Shown here one piece after another: positions 7,246 to 15,397 of a DNA stretch of 64,000 nucleotides. The notes below the pieces were generated by a model. The model had not been told where the DNA came from and did no database searches. It saw only the letters and a program-made list of their open reading frames with translations. The position numbers were made by a program, and so were the translations under genes. The stretch covers positions 529 to 64,528 of the forward strand of contig MFBL01000015.1 of NCBI GenBank assembly GCA_001774945.1. The letters are read 5' to 3'. The stretch's first letter is position 1; each line of letters starts with the position of its first letter. This DNA is from Candidatus Curtissbacteria bacterium RIFCSPHIGHO2_12_FULL_41_17 (GTDB lineage: Bacteria; Patescibacteriota; Microgenomatia; Curtissbacterales; GWA2-41-24).

Positions 7246-9432
7246 ATGCAAAAAACAGTCCGTAAAGAAATTGATCTTGCTGGAAAGAAACTCATTTTAG
7301 AAAGCGGCGAACTTGCAACTCAGGCAAATGCCTCCGTTTTAGCAAGCTACGGAGAAACCGTACTTTTAGCTACTGCTGTTTCCAAAAAAGCACCACCTGA
7401 TATGGACTTTTTTCCGCTTGCCGTTGATTATGAGGAGAGGCTATATGCTGGCGGAAAAATATCCACCTCAAGATTTATCAAAAGAGAAGGAAGACCATCC
7501 GAGAAAGCTATTTTAACAGCAAGGTTGATAGACAGGTCTATAAGACCTCTTTTCCCAAAAGACTACCAAGCCGAGGTTCAGGTTGTAATAACCGTATTAT
7601 CATTCGATCAGGAAAACGATCCCGATATTGTTGCCCTAATTGCCGCTTCCTGTGCCCTTTCACTTTCCGACATTCCCTGGAACGGTCCGATATCTGGTCT
7701 TAGAATAGGCAGACAAAACGGAGGTTATATTTTAAACCCGACAGATGCTGAAAAAGATTTTTCCAGTCTTGATCTGATTTTGGCATCCAATAAAGAAGAA
7801 GTGGTAATGATTGAAGCCGGGGCAAATGAAGTCGATGAAGAGTCTGTTATTGGAGCAATTAAGTTTGGAATTGATCATGGAAAAAACGTTATTAAACTGA
7901 TTGAAGATTTAACCAAAGAAGCCGGGAGAGAAAAACAGAAATACGAAAGAGTAAGTCTTGGAGAAAATAAGGATAAAATAATTAGGGAATTTATCGCAAA
8001 AAACATTATTAGTGGTCTTGAAAAACCGGAAGTTTCTCAAGACGAAAATTGGTTTAGCTATCAATTAACAAAACTTGAAGAAGAATTTATCAAAGAAGAA
8101 GAGAAACAAATTACTTCAAAATGGCTAGCAGGCATTTTAGACGAGGCAGTTTCCGACTTCTTAAGGAAACGCATCTTGCAAGACAAAAAACGAATTGATG
8201 GCAGATCTCCGGACGATATCAGGCCAATAACCGCAAGAGTCGGTATTCTGCCAAGAACTCATGGATCCGGGCTTTTCCAAAGAGGTGATACTCAAGTCTT
8301 ATCGATTGTTACCTTAGCATCTCCCGCCTTGGAACAACTGATTGAAGGGATGACCGGCGAGGGGACCAAGAAGTATATGCATCATTACAATTTTCCGCCG
8401 TTTTCAACCGGCGAAGTAAGACGTCTTGGCCCGCCGGGAAGAAGAGAGATTGGCCACGGAGCTTTAGCGGAAAGGGCTCTCTTACCCGTTTTGCCTTCAC
8501 AAGAAGACTTTCCATACACACTGCGGGTAGTTTCAGAAGTCTTATCTTCTGCAGGTTCAACATCAATGGCTTCCGCTTGTGGTTCTACTTTGGCGTTAAT
8601 GGATGCTGGTGTTCCCATAAAAGAACCGGTGGCAGGAATTTCAATCGGCTTAATTTGCGACAAGAAAGACAGGTCAAAATATGTAACATTGGTAGACATA
8701 GCTTACCAGGAAGATTCCCAGGGAGATATGGATTTTAAAGTAGCCGGCACCAAAAACGGCATTACCGCTATTCAAATGGATATTAAGTTGGATGGAATTC
8801 CAACCAGTATTGCAAAAGAAGCGCTAATGAAGGCTAAAAAAGCAAGACTTTCTATTCTTGAAACTATCATAAAAACGATCCCTGCCGCTAGAGAAAAAAT
8901 TTCACCTCATGCTCCCACTGTTATTTTAATAAAGATAGACCCTGCAAAAATTGGCGCTGTTATTGGTTCCGGTGGGCGAACAATTAATAAAATCATCGCC
9001 GAGACGGGTGCGGCTATAGATATTGACGACCAGGGTATTGTAACGGTAAGCGGGAAAGACGTCCAAGCATGTCAGACTGCAGCCAAAATTATTGAAGGAA
9101 TTGTAAAAGAAGCCGAGGTCGGTGAAATTTATGAGGGTGCAGTCAAAAGAATTCTTCCATTTGGCGCCATGGTCGAAATATTGCCCGGCAAAGAAGGTCT
9201 AGTTCACATTTCCCAAATTGCCAACTATCGAGTTGCCAAAGTCGAAGACGAGTTGAAGATAGGACAAAAGGTAAAAGTTAGGGTAGCGGAAATTGATGAT
9301 CAGGGTAGGGTAAATCTCTCCATGAAGTTTCAAGACGAGAGGCAGGGTTTAGGAACCAAAAGCGATGATTTTCCCAAAAGGAATTTTAGAAAAAAATTCG
9401 ACTATGGACCAGGCAGAAAACATAAAAAGTAA
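7246..9432 (+). CDS. pnp: polyribonucleotide nucleotidyltransferase (PNPase)
   Basis: 728 aa with two RNase PH-like regions, a KH domain (GAVIGSGGRTINKI) and an S1 domain (GEIYEGAVKRILPFGAMVEILPGKEGLVHISQI). Confidence 0.95.
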   Translation: MQKTVRKEIDLAGKKLILESGELATQANASVLASYGETVLLATAVSKKAPPDMDFFPLAVDYEERLYAGGKISTSRFIKREGRPSEKAILTARLIDRSIRPLFPKDYQAEVQVVITVLSFDQENDPDIVALIAASCALSLSDIPWNGPISGLRIGRQNGGYILNPTDAEKDFSSLDLILASNKEEVVMIEAGANEVDEESVIGAIKFGIDHGKNVIKLIEDLTKEAGREKQKYERVSLGENKDKIIREFIAKNIISGLEKPEVSQDENWFSYQLTKLEEEFIKEEEKQITSKWLAGILDEAVSDFLRKRILQDKKRIDGRSPDDIRPITARVGILPRTHGSGLFQRGDTQVLSIVTLASPALEQLIEGMTGEGTKKYMHHYNFPPFSTGEVRRLGPPGRREIGHGALAERALLPVLPSQEDFPYTLRVVSEVLSSAGSTSMASACGSTLALMDAGVPIKEPVAGISIGLICDKKDRSKYVTLVDIAYQEDSQGDMDFKVAGTKNGITAIQMDIKLDGIPTSIAKEALMKAKKARLSILETIIKTIPAAREKISPHAPTVILIKIDPAKIGAVIGSGGRTINKIIAETGAAIDIDDQGIVTVSGKDVQACQTAAKIIEGIVKEAEVGEIYEGAVKRILPFGAMVEILPGKEGLVHISQIANYRVAKVEDELKIGQKVKVRVAEIDDQGRVNLSMKFQDERQGLGTKSDDFPKRNFRKKFDYGPGRKHKK

Positions 9433-9441
9433 GAAATTCAA

Positions 9442-10455
9442 ATGATTGGGACCCCACGCCCAGAAGCTTACCGCAAGTTAAAACAATTTCCTATATTTGA
9501 AAATAAGTGGTTGATTTTAACGATATTTGTTATCCTTCTTTTAGTAATTTTTGTTATTTCTTCCAAATTCACAAATGCCGGCACAGGTTTAGAAATTACG
9601 CCAATTGGTAATAAATTTAGGCTCAATTTTCAAATACCCAAAAATGATCAAGAAAACTTTTCCCGCACACTATCCCAACTCAATCTGCCTCAAGAGGTAA
9701 AGGAAGGGGTCGAGTTTGAACTTGACGCAACCTCATCTGCCGCGCTTGCTTTTGCTTCACCAATAAATGCCAAATTAAATTTTAAAACGAAGCAAGTTAA
9801 AATCAAAGGTTTGACAAATTCAACCTCGCCAGTTTTATTTTTACCCGAAAGCTTTAAGCTGCCTCAATCAACAAAATTGGCTATTTTTGCGCCAGATATA
9901 AAGAATTTCCTTGATAGTCAGGTGAATATCCCGCCGGAACTTACCAGTTTTATAAATAATCTATTTTCCCAGAGAGGTCAGCTGCTTGCATTTTATAATG
10001 ACAATGATTTTCTTATGATTACAAAAGCAAACCAAGTCAATTTTGATGATCTTAGCAATTTAAAGATTCCCAAGGAAGAAGAATTTTATAAAAGAGAGCA
10101 GATTGAAGAATCTTTTGAAACTCACCTTTTAAAACTTCCCCAAAAAACAGAAAGTCAAAAATCTACACTGTCTATTTTCCAATTAGGGCAATGGATTTTT
10201 ATTGCGTCCTCGCAAGAGGCGGCACGCAAGTTTATTCAGGTACAAAAATTTGAAAAAGGCGCGATAGAATTTCCCAAAAGCAAACAAGCTACTTTAGTAG
10301 TTTTAATAAAAAATCCAGATATTGATACCGCAAGTTCTCTTGGGCAAATTTTACTAAGCTCAAAAAAAGATTGGCTGAATATATTCTCAAACATACAGGA
10401 ATTGGAATTTGTTTTGAAGGGCAATGTGTTTTCTGGTTTAATTAATCTAAAGTGA
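9442..10455 (+). CDS. N-terminally anchored hypothetical protein
   Basis: 337-aa ORF with one N-terminal hydrophobic helix (WLILTIFVILLLVIFVISS). No family recognised. Confidence 0.6.
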   Translation: MIGTPRPEAYRKLKQFPIFENKWLILTIFVILLLVIFVISSKFTNAGTGLEITPIGNKFRLNFQIPKNDQENFSRTLSQLNLPQEVKEGVEFELDATSSAALAFASPINAKLNFKTKQVKIKGLTNSTSPVLFLPESFKLPQSTKLAIFAPDIKNFLDSQVNIPPELTSFINNLFSQRGQLLAFYNDNDFLMITKANQVNFDDLSNLKIPKEEEFYKREQIEESFETHLLKLPQKTESQKSTLSIFQLGQWIFIASSQEAARKFIQVQKFEKGAIEFPKSKQATLVVLIKNPDIDTASSLGQILLSSKKDWLNIFSNIQELEFVLKGNVFSGLINLK

Positions 10456-11513
10456 ATTCAACTACTGCCCAATTCGAGGACATAAAACTTCTTGAGGATA
10501 AACTCAAATCAGCCAAAATCCCGCTGGATTTATACCAAAAAACGCAAGTAACGATCGAGCGGCTTACCAGGCTCGCGAAAACATCTTCTTATTCTCAAGA
10601 ATATGATCTTGTCACAAGATATTTGGAATGGATTGTTTCCTTACCATGGGATAAAAAAAGCGATGATATCCTATCGCTTGATAAAGCCCGCCAGGTTCTA
10701 AACGCCAATCATTACGGTCTTGACCAAATCAAGGAGAGGATACTCGAATATATTGCGGTTGCAATGTTAAAAAAGGATCAACCTGAAAGTACATCAAAAA
10801 ACAATAAAGCCCCCGCTCTTCTTTTAGTAGGGTTAGTTGGAACCGGTAAGACTACTATGGCTTATTCGATTGCCCAAACATTGGGCCGGCAGTTTGGAAG
10901 AATCCCGATGGGCGGTATGGGGGATGCATTACAGCTTAGAGGGAGATCACGCACCTTTCCGGATGCAGAACCAGGTCTTATAATGAAGGTACTTAGAAGA
11001 GTAGGCACCAAGAATCCTGTAATACTTCTTGACGAAATTGATCGGGTAACAGAAGAGGCCAGAGCAGACATCATGGGAGTGCTGGTGGAACTATTAGACC
11101 CTGAACAAAATAGTAAATTTCTTGACCATTTTATCGATTACCCGTTTGACCTATCCCAGGTACTCTTTATTGCAACTGCTAACAACACGGCAGGGATAGC
11201 GACAGCTGTACTGGACCGATTGGAGCTATTAGAAATGCCGTCTTATACTGATGAGCAGAAAACAATAATAGGCAAAAATTATCTTCTGCCGCGAGCCCTT
11301 GCAGCTTCTGGGCTTTCAAAAGAAGACCTAGTCTTGGAAGAGAATATTTGGCATCAAATTGTAAGACCATTGGGTTTTGATGCTGGTATGAGAACATTGG
11401 ACAGGACAATTAATGGTATTTGCCGAAAAATCGCCAAATTAAAAGTAGAAGAGAAAGTAGAAAGAGTTAATATAACAGGCGATAATCTCAAAGAATTTTT
11501 GCCCTCATGGTAA
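10452..11513 (+). CDS. Lon-like AAA+ ATPase module without a protease domain
   Basis: The Lon-type pre-AAA segment (LEWIVSLPWDKKSDD...NHYGLDQIKERILEYIAV), Walker A (GLVGTGKTT) and Walker B (VILLDEIDR) are present. The ORF stops where the Lon protease domain would begin. The GTG start overlaps the previous stop. Confidence 0.75.
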   Translation: MNSTTAQFEDIKLLEDKLKSAKIPLDLYQKTQVTIERLTRLAKTSSYSQEYDLVTRYLEWIVSLPWDKKSDDILSLDKARQVLNANHYGLDQIKERILEYIAVAMLKKDQPESTSKNNKAPALLLVGLVGTGKTTMAYSIAQTLGRQFGRIPMGGMGDALQLRGRSRTFPDAEPGLIMKVLRRVGTKNPVILLDEIDRVTEEARADIMGVLVELLDPEQNSKFLDHFIDYPFDLSQVLFIATANNTAGIATAVLDRLELLEMPSYTDEQKTIIGKNYLLPRALAASGLSKEDLVLEENIWHQIVRPLGFDAGMRTLDRTINGICRKIAKLKVEEKVERVNITGDNLKEFLPSW

Positions 11514-11531
11514 AGTGACCTATTCGGAGGA

Positions 11532-11680
11532 GAGTTTATATTCGCTCGCAGAATACCATCGAGTCAGACTCGACGGATGAATGCGAGAGCGAATACATAC
11601 TTCCGAGGATTGGAAGTATTCTGCTCGCTCATGTAAACTTGAAGAACAATACCGAGGACTCTTAGTCCTCGGAAGTTTAT
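11532..11680 (+). repeat. ~150-nt multi-hairpin intergenic repeat, copy B
   Basis: Same element as 719-865 in inverted orientation. Hairpins lie at 11556-11576, 11598-11618 and 11652-11672, with enclosing stems TATTCGCTCGC/GCGAGAGCGAATA and TAAACTT/AAGTTTA. Confidence 0.85.
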
Positions 11681-11778
11681 AATTTTCTAAAACTCTCCGG
11701 AGAAAGGGTTAGTTAAAACTAACCCTATAGCATTTATAGTCCGCTTGATGTAAAATAAAATTAGCTTCTGGAAAAATT

Positions 11779-13860
11779 ATGAGAAGGTATCGCAGAAACA
11801 AAATTGTATCGCCTCTAAATTTAGAAAAAAAGACAATAATGTCTATTTTAGGGGTTGTGACTTTAGCTTTTTCTGTACTGCTGCTCCTCTCATTTTTTAC
11901 CCAGGCGGGTATTTTGCTTTCTCTTAGAGCGTCACTATTTAGGGTATTTGGCGTAAGTATAGTTAGTATTCCGCTTTTTGGATTAATTTTCAGCCTGATA
12001 CTCTTTTCTATAAAATCAAGATTTACTAAAATTAATATTATACTTGGTAGTGTTTCACTGGTACTTTCAGCAAATGGACTTCTTGCGCCCTTTTCAACTA
12101 ATCTGGCTGGAGTTTTAGGAGTAACTCTTTATACGACTATTAAATCAATTGTTTCTCCAGTTGGAGCATTTTTTGTTCTAGGTTTTACTTTTCTGGTTTC
12201 AATAATAATTGTTGCAAATACCAGTCTGGATCAGGCACTGACAACCATTACTAATTTTTATAAGTTCATAAGCAGTTTTACTAGAATCACCAAAAGATTT
12301 TTTAAAGTCCATCAACCCAGAATAGTCACAAAGAACCAACAAGAAATTTCTCCTGCGCGCGCAAATCTTCCTAAAAATCTTGACACAACTCTTTCGTCTA
12401 CTTTAGTTGCCAATAGTCCTGCTGATACCAGGGTTTGGGAATATCCTCCATTATCGCTCCTTGCCGATCCCAGAGGCAGTTCGGCAAATAGGGGAAATAT
12501 AAAACAAAATGCCCAGATAATTGAAAAAACTCTTGAAAGTTTTGGTATTGTTGCCCAGGTAGTCGAGGTTAATCCTGGTCCTACAGTCACCCAATATGCC
12601 CTGAAGATTCCAATGGGAACTAAACTTTCTAAAATTCTGACTTTGCAAAATGACCTGGCGCTGGCACTGGCTACTTCTACCGGTAATGTCCGTATCGAAG
12701 CACCTATTCCGGGGAAATCCTTGGTAGGAATTGAAATACCTAATATTTCACCGGACATAGTTTCACTCAAGAGCATTCTTTCAAGCGATGTAATGAGGGG
12801 TACTAAATCAAAACTGGCAGTTGGACTTGGTCCTGATGTTTCTGGAAGCACCGTTATTGCCGATATCGGTAAAATGCCCCATGTTTTAATCGCCGGAACA
12901 ACCGGTTCCGGTAAGTCGGTACTTTTAAATTCGATTATTGCAACTCTTCTTTTTAGAGCAAGCCCCCAGGAAGTCAAATTAATATTGGCCGATCCCAAAA
13001 GAGTGGAACTTACAGAGTATCAGGATATTCCCCACTTACTTACGCCGGTCATAGTTGATGCGGATAAAATTTTATCTAGCCTTAAGTGGGCGATGGCTGA
13101 AATGGAGAGGCGCTATAAATTATTCCATGAAGCTCAGGTGAAAAATATCTCGGGTTATAATGAGTTATCCGGATTTCAGGTTTTACCTTATATTGTCATC
13201 GTCGTAGACGAATTGCATAGCTTAATGGAATTTGCCCCGGTTGAAGTTGAAGATGCAATTTGCCGTATTGCTGCTATGGCTAGGGCAACCGGTATTCATC
13301 TTGTAGTGGCAACCCAAAGGCCATCTGTTGATGTAATAACCGGCCTTATAAAAGCAAACATTCCGTGTAGAATTGCTTTCAATGTTTCTTCAATGGTCGA
13401 TTCGCGTGTAATTATTGACCAGCCTGGAGCAGAAAAATTGCTTGGAAAAGGTGATATGCTCTATGTTCCTCCGGATGCTTCAAAACCGATGAGAATTCAA
13501 GGGGTTTTTGTTTCTGATACGGAGATTAGAAACCTTATCGGTTTTCTTAAAAGGTCTGGAATTACCCCAGAATATGCCCAGGAGGTTACCCAAATGCCTG
13601 TCGGTAAAATTGCTGGAATGGTTGGCGGTGAAATCGACGAGCTCTTTGAGGAAGCGGTAAGGACTATAGTTCAGTACGATCGTGCCTCTGCTTCACTTTT
13701 GCAGCGCAGATTGCGCATCGGCTACGCCCGGGCGGCAAGGCTCTTAGACGAACTCGAGATGGCCGGTATTGTCGGTCCGGGGGAGGGTTCAAAGCCCAGA
13801 GACGTTTTAGTAAAAAATGCAGATGAATACTTTCAAAGTCAAGTTCAAAATTCCTCCTAA
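11779..13860 (+). CDS. ftsK: DNA translocase FtsK
   Basis: N-terminal transmembrane helices, motor domain with GTTGSGKS and VVDELH, and a C-terminal winged-helix gamma domain (ASASLLQRRLRIGYARAARLLDELE). Confidence 0.92.
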   Translation: MRRYRRNKIVSPLNLEKKTIMSILGVVTLAFSVLLLLSFFTQAGILLSLRASLFRVFGVSIVSIPLFGLIFSLILFSIKSRFTKINIILGSVSLVLSANGLLAPFSTNLAGVLGVTLYTTIKSIVSPVGAFFVLGFTFLVSIIIVANTSLDQALTTITNFYKFISSFTRITKRFFKVHQPRIVTKNQQEISPARANLPKNLDTTLSSTLVANSPADTRVWEYPPLSLLADPRGSSANRGNIKQNAQIIEKTLESFGIVAQVVEVNPGPTVTQYALKIPMGTKLSKILTLQNDLALALATSTGNVRIEAPIPGKSLVGIEIPNISPDIVSLKSILSSDVMRGTKSKLAVGLGPDVSGSTVIADIGKMPHVLIAGTTGSGKSVLLNSIIATLLFRASPQEVKLILADPKRVELTEYQDIPHLLTPVIVDADKILSSLKWAMAEMERRYKLFHEAQVKNISGYNELSGFQVLPYIVIVVDELHSLMEFAPVEVEDAICRIAAMARATGIHLVVATQRPSVDVITGLIKANIPCRIAFNVSSMVDSRVIIDQPGAEKLLGKGDMLYVPPDASKPMRIQGVFVSDTEIRNLIGFLKRSGITPEYAQEVTQMPVGKIAGMVGGEIDELFEEAVRTIVQYDRASASLLQRRLRIGYARAARLLDELEMAGIVGPGEGSKPRDVLVKNADEYFQSQVQNSS

Positions 13861-13866
13861 AACTGT

Positions 13867-14493
13867 ATGAGTGCAGTTGGTGAACTTTTTTCCCAGAAGA
13901 GAAAAGCAAAAAAGATATCACTTGCCAAAGTGTCGCATGATCTTTTAGTCAAACAAGAACACCTGGATGCAATAGAAAAAGGCCAGTGGGCCAATTTGCC
14001 GGAACCTACTTTCGCCAAAGGATTTATTAAAATTTATGCTCAGTATCTAGGCTTAGACACATCAAAAATCCTGCCTCTTTACCGACGGGAGTATGACGAA
14101 ACAAAATATCCTCACAAACAATCTCCCCTTCAGATTAAAAAGCGCCTAATGATTACTCCTAATAAATTTGCCTTATTACTTTTTATTGTTACGATTGCAA
14201 TTTTTGCCTCCTATTTACTTATTCAATATTTTTCTATTCTTTCAGCTCCCAAACTTGAAATTATTTCTCCACCTGACGATTTGACAACATCAGTTCCAGC
14301 TATCACGATTGATGGTCGCAGTGAAAAAGAGGCTATGGTTTCTGTAAATGGTCAGTTTATTCCAATTGATGATCAAGGAAAATTTTCTTATCAGTACAAA
14401 CTCACCCAGGGCAAAAATACAATTGAAATAATCGCCTCGAAGCGCCTTTCGCCAAAATCAAAAGTTACAAGGTTGGTGCGACTATCCAAGTAA
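13867..14493 (+). CDS. RodZ-like helix-turn-helix membrane protein
   Basis: The N-terminal HTH-like segment with ...LDAIEKGQWANLPEPTFAKGFIKIYAQYLGLD is typical of RodZ. A single transmembrane helix follows. Confidence 0.65.
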   Translation: MSAVGELFSQKRKAKKISLAKVSHDLLVKQEHLDAIEKGQWANLPEPTFAKGFIKIYAQYLGLDTSKILPLYRREYDETKYPHKQSPLQIKKRLMITPNKFALLLFIVTIAIFASYLLIQYFSILSAPKLEIISPPDDLTTSVPAITIDGRSEKEAMVSVNGQFIPIDDQGKFSYQYKLTQGKNTIEIIASKRLSPKSKVTRLVRLSK

Positions 14494-14512
14494 AAAAGTT
14501 ACCAATTATTAT

Positions 14513-14541
14513 TTGACAAAAGTGGGGGATTGAAGTAATCT
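14513..14541 (+). promoter_or_regulatory. candidate sigma70-type promoter (TTGACA-17-TAATCT)
   Basis: TTGACA at 14513-14518, a 17-nt spacer, and TAATCT at 14536-14541, just upstream of the shared leader element. Confidence 0.3.
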
Positions 14542-14565
14542 CAATTGGAAATTAAAAATTAAATT

Positions 14566-14657
14566 CCCAAATTTCAAAGAAATTTGGAAAGGAAAAATGC
14601 GAGTGCGCTAAAAGTCCACAATTGTGGACGATTAACAGCACGAGCAATTTTGACGCT
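14566..14657 (+). repeat. conserved structured 5' leader element, copy 1 (shared with tuf)
   Basis: Aligns with 40232-40320. Hairpin CCAAATTTCAAAGAAATTTGG is identical, the second hairpin covaries (GTCCACAATTGTGGAC versus GTTCTCAATAGAAC), and the tail AGCACGAGCAATTTTGACG is identical and abuts the ATG. Confidence 0.8.
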
Positions 14658-14939
14658 ATGCTGCCCTTAGAACTTTCGCAAATTGTGCTTCTTACTGTTA
14701 TTATCATCCTGACAATATTCTTAGTGGTTTTGGGCTTCCAGGTTTTTTTTGTCCTGAAAGATCTAAGACTTACCCTCAAAAGAATGAATCATCTGTTTGA
14801 TGATGCCAATGAACTTGTATCGGAAGTGAAAAAACCTATCGAAAAGGCTGGCAATTTCTTTACAGCATTGACTGCAGGTGCAGGTATTATGCACTTACTT
14901 AAAAAGGGGTCAAAAAATGAGCGATCACGAGAAAAATAA
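14658..14939 (+). CDS. DUF948-like small membrane protein
   Basis: MLPLELSQIVLLTVIIILTIFLVVLGFQVFFVLKDLRLTLKRMNHLFDDANELV shows a transmembrane helix followed by a coiled-coil segment. The start is placed at the ATG that follows the shared leader; the ORF-track TTG at 14622 lies inside the leader hairpin. Confidence 0.6.
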   Translation: MLPLELSQIVLLTVIIILTIFLVVLGFQVFFVLKDLRLTLKRMNHLFDDANELVSEVKKPIEKAGNFFTALTAGAGIMHLLKKGSKNERSREK

Positions 14940-15285
14940 CCTGCCTGCCGGCAGGCAAGGTAATATTTCATCTTTAATTGTAGGCATCGTTATCGGCGCT
15001 GCCGTAACTTACTTGTTTACCAATAAAGAAGGCCAAAAGTTAAAAAATAAACTTCTTGCTGAAGGTGAAAAGCTCCTGTCTAGTTTGAGGGAGAGTTTAG
15101 AAGAAGTCGAAGAAGAGACAAAAGAAGCCAGGGAAGAAATCGGTCAGAAGTTATCTTCGGGCGTCGAAGAAGTTAAAGAAAAAGTCGAAGAGGAAGTTAC
15201 TGAAATTCCAAAGCATATAGAACAAATTCAAAAAAAAGGCCGCCGTTTCTTCTTCCGAAGAAGTCATACTTCTCAGGAAAGTTAG
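14917..15285 (+). CDS. YtxH-like protein
   Basis: A transmembrane helix (LIVGIVIGAAVTYLF) followed by TNKEGQKLKNKLLAEGEKLL and an E/K-rich helix is typical of the YtxH family. It contains an in-frame copy of the CTGCCTGCCGGCAGGCA palindrome, encoding LPAGRQG. Confidence 0.65.
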   Translation: MSDHEKNNLPAGRQGNISSLIVGIVIGAAVTYLFTNKEGQKLKNKLLAEGEKLLSSLRESLEEVEEETKEAREEIGQKLSSGVEEVKEKVEEEVTEIPKHIEQIQKKGRRFFFRRSHTSQES

Positions 15286-15397
15286 ACCAAGTCAGACTTG
15301 GTTAGACTTTCCGCTGCCACGTTTCCAAATCATAACAGAAATTTTCGTTTGCAATCAGTATTATTTTAATAACGATAGTTAGTTATAATTAGGAGAA

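Noticed and set aside
12312-12998. 228-aa ORF antisense to ftsK, and similar long antisense ORFs in infB (4449-4970), rpoB (28710-29075), rpoC (32955-33293, 33445-33930), tuf (40803-41282), rny (60806-61357), and rplC/rplD (42473-42865, 42959-43297)
   Set aside because: They lie opposite strongly conserved, motif-bearing genes and have Ser/Leu/Pro-rich antisense-type composition. There is no independent support.
15286-15397. Possible T-box or other riboswitch upstream of alaS
   Set aside because: Only ~110 nt are available. There is one small hairpin (ACCAAGTC-AGA-CTTGGT), and no specifier/antiterminator architecture or T-box consensus is visible.
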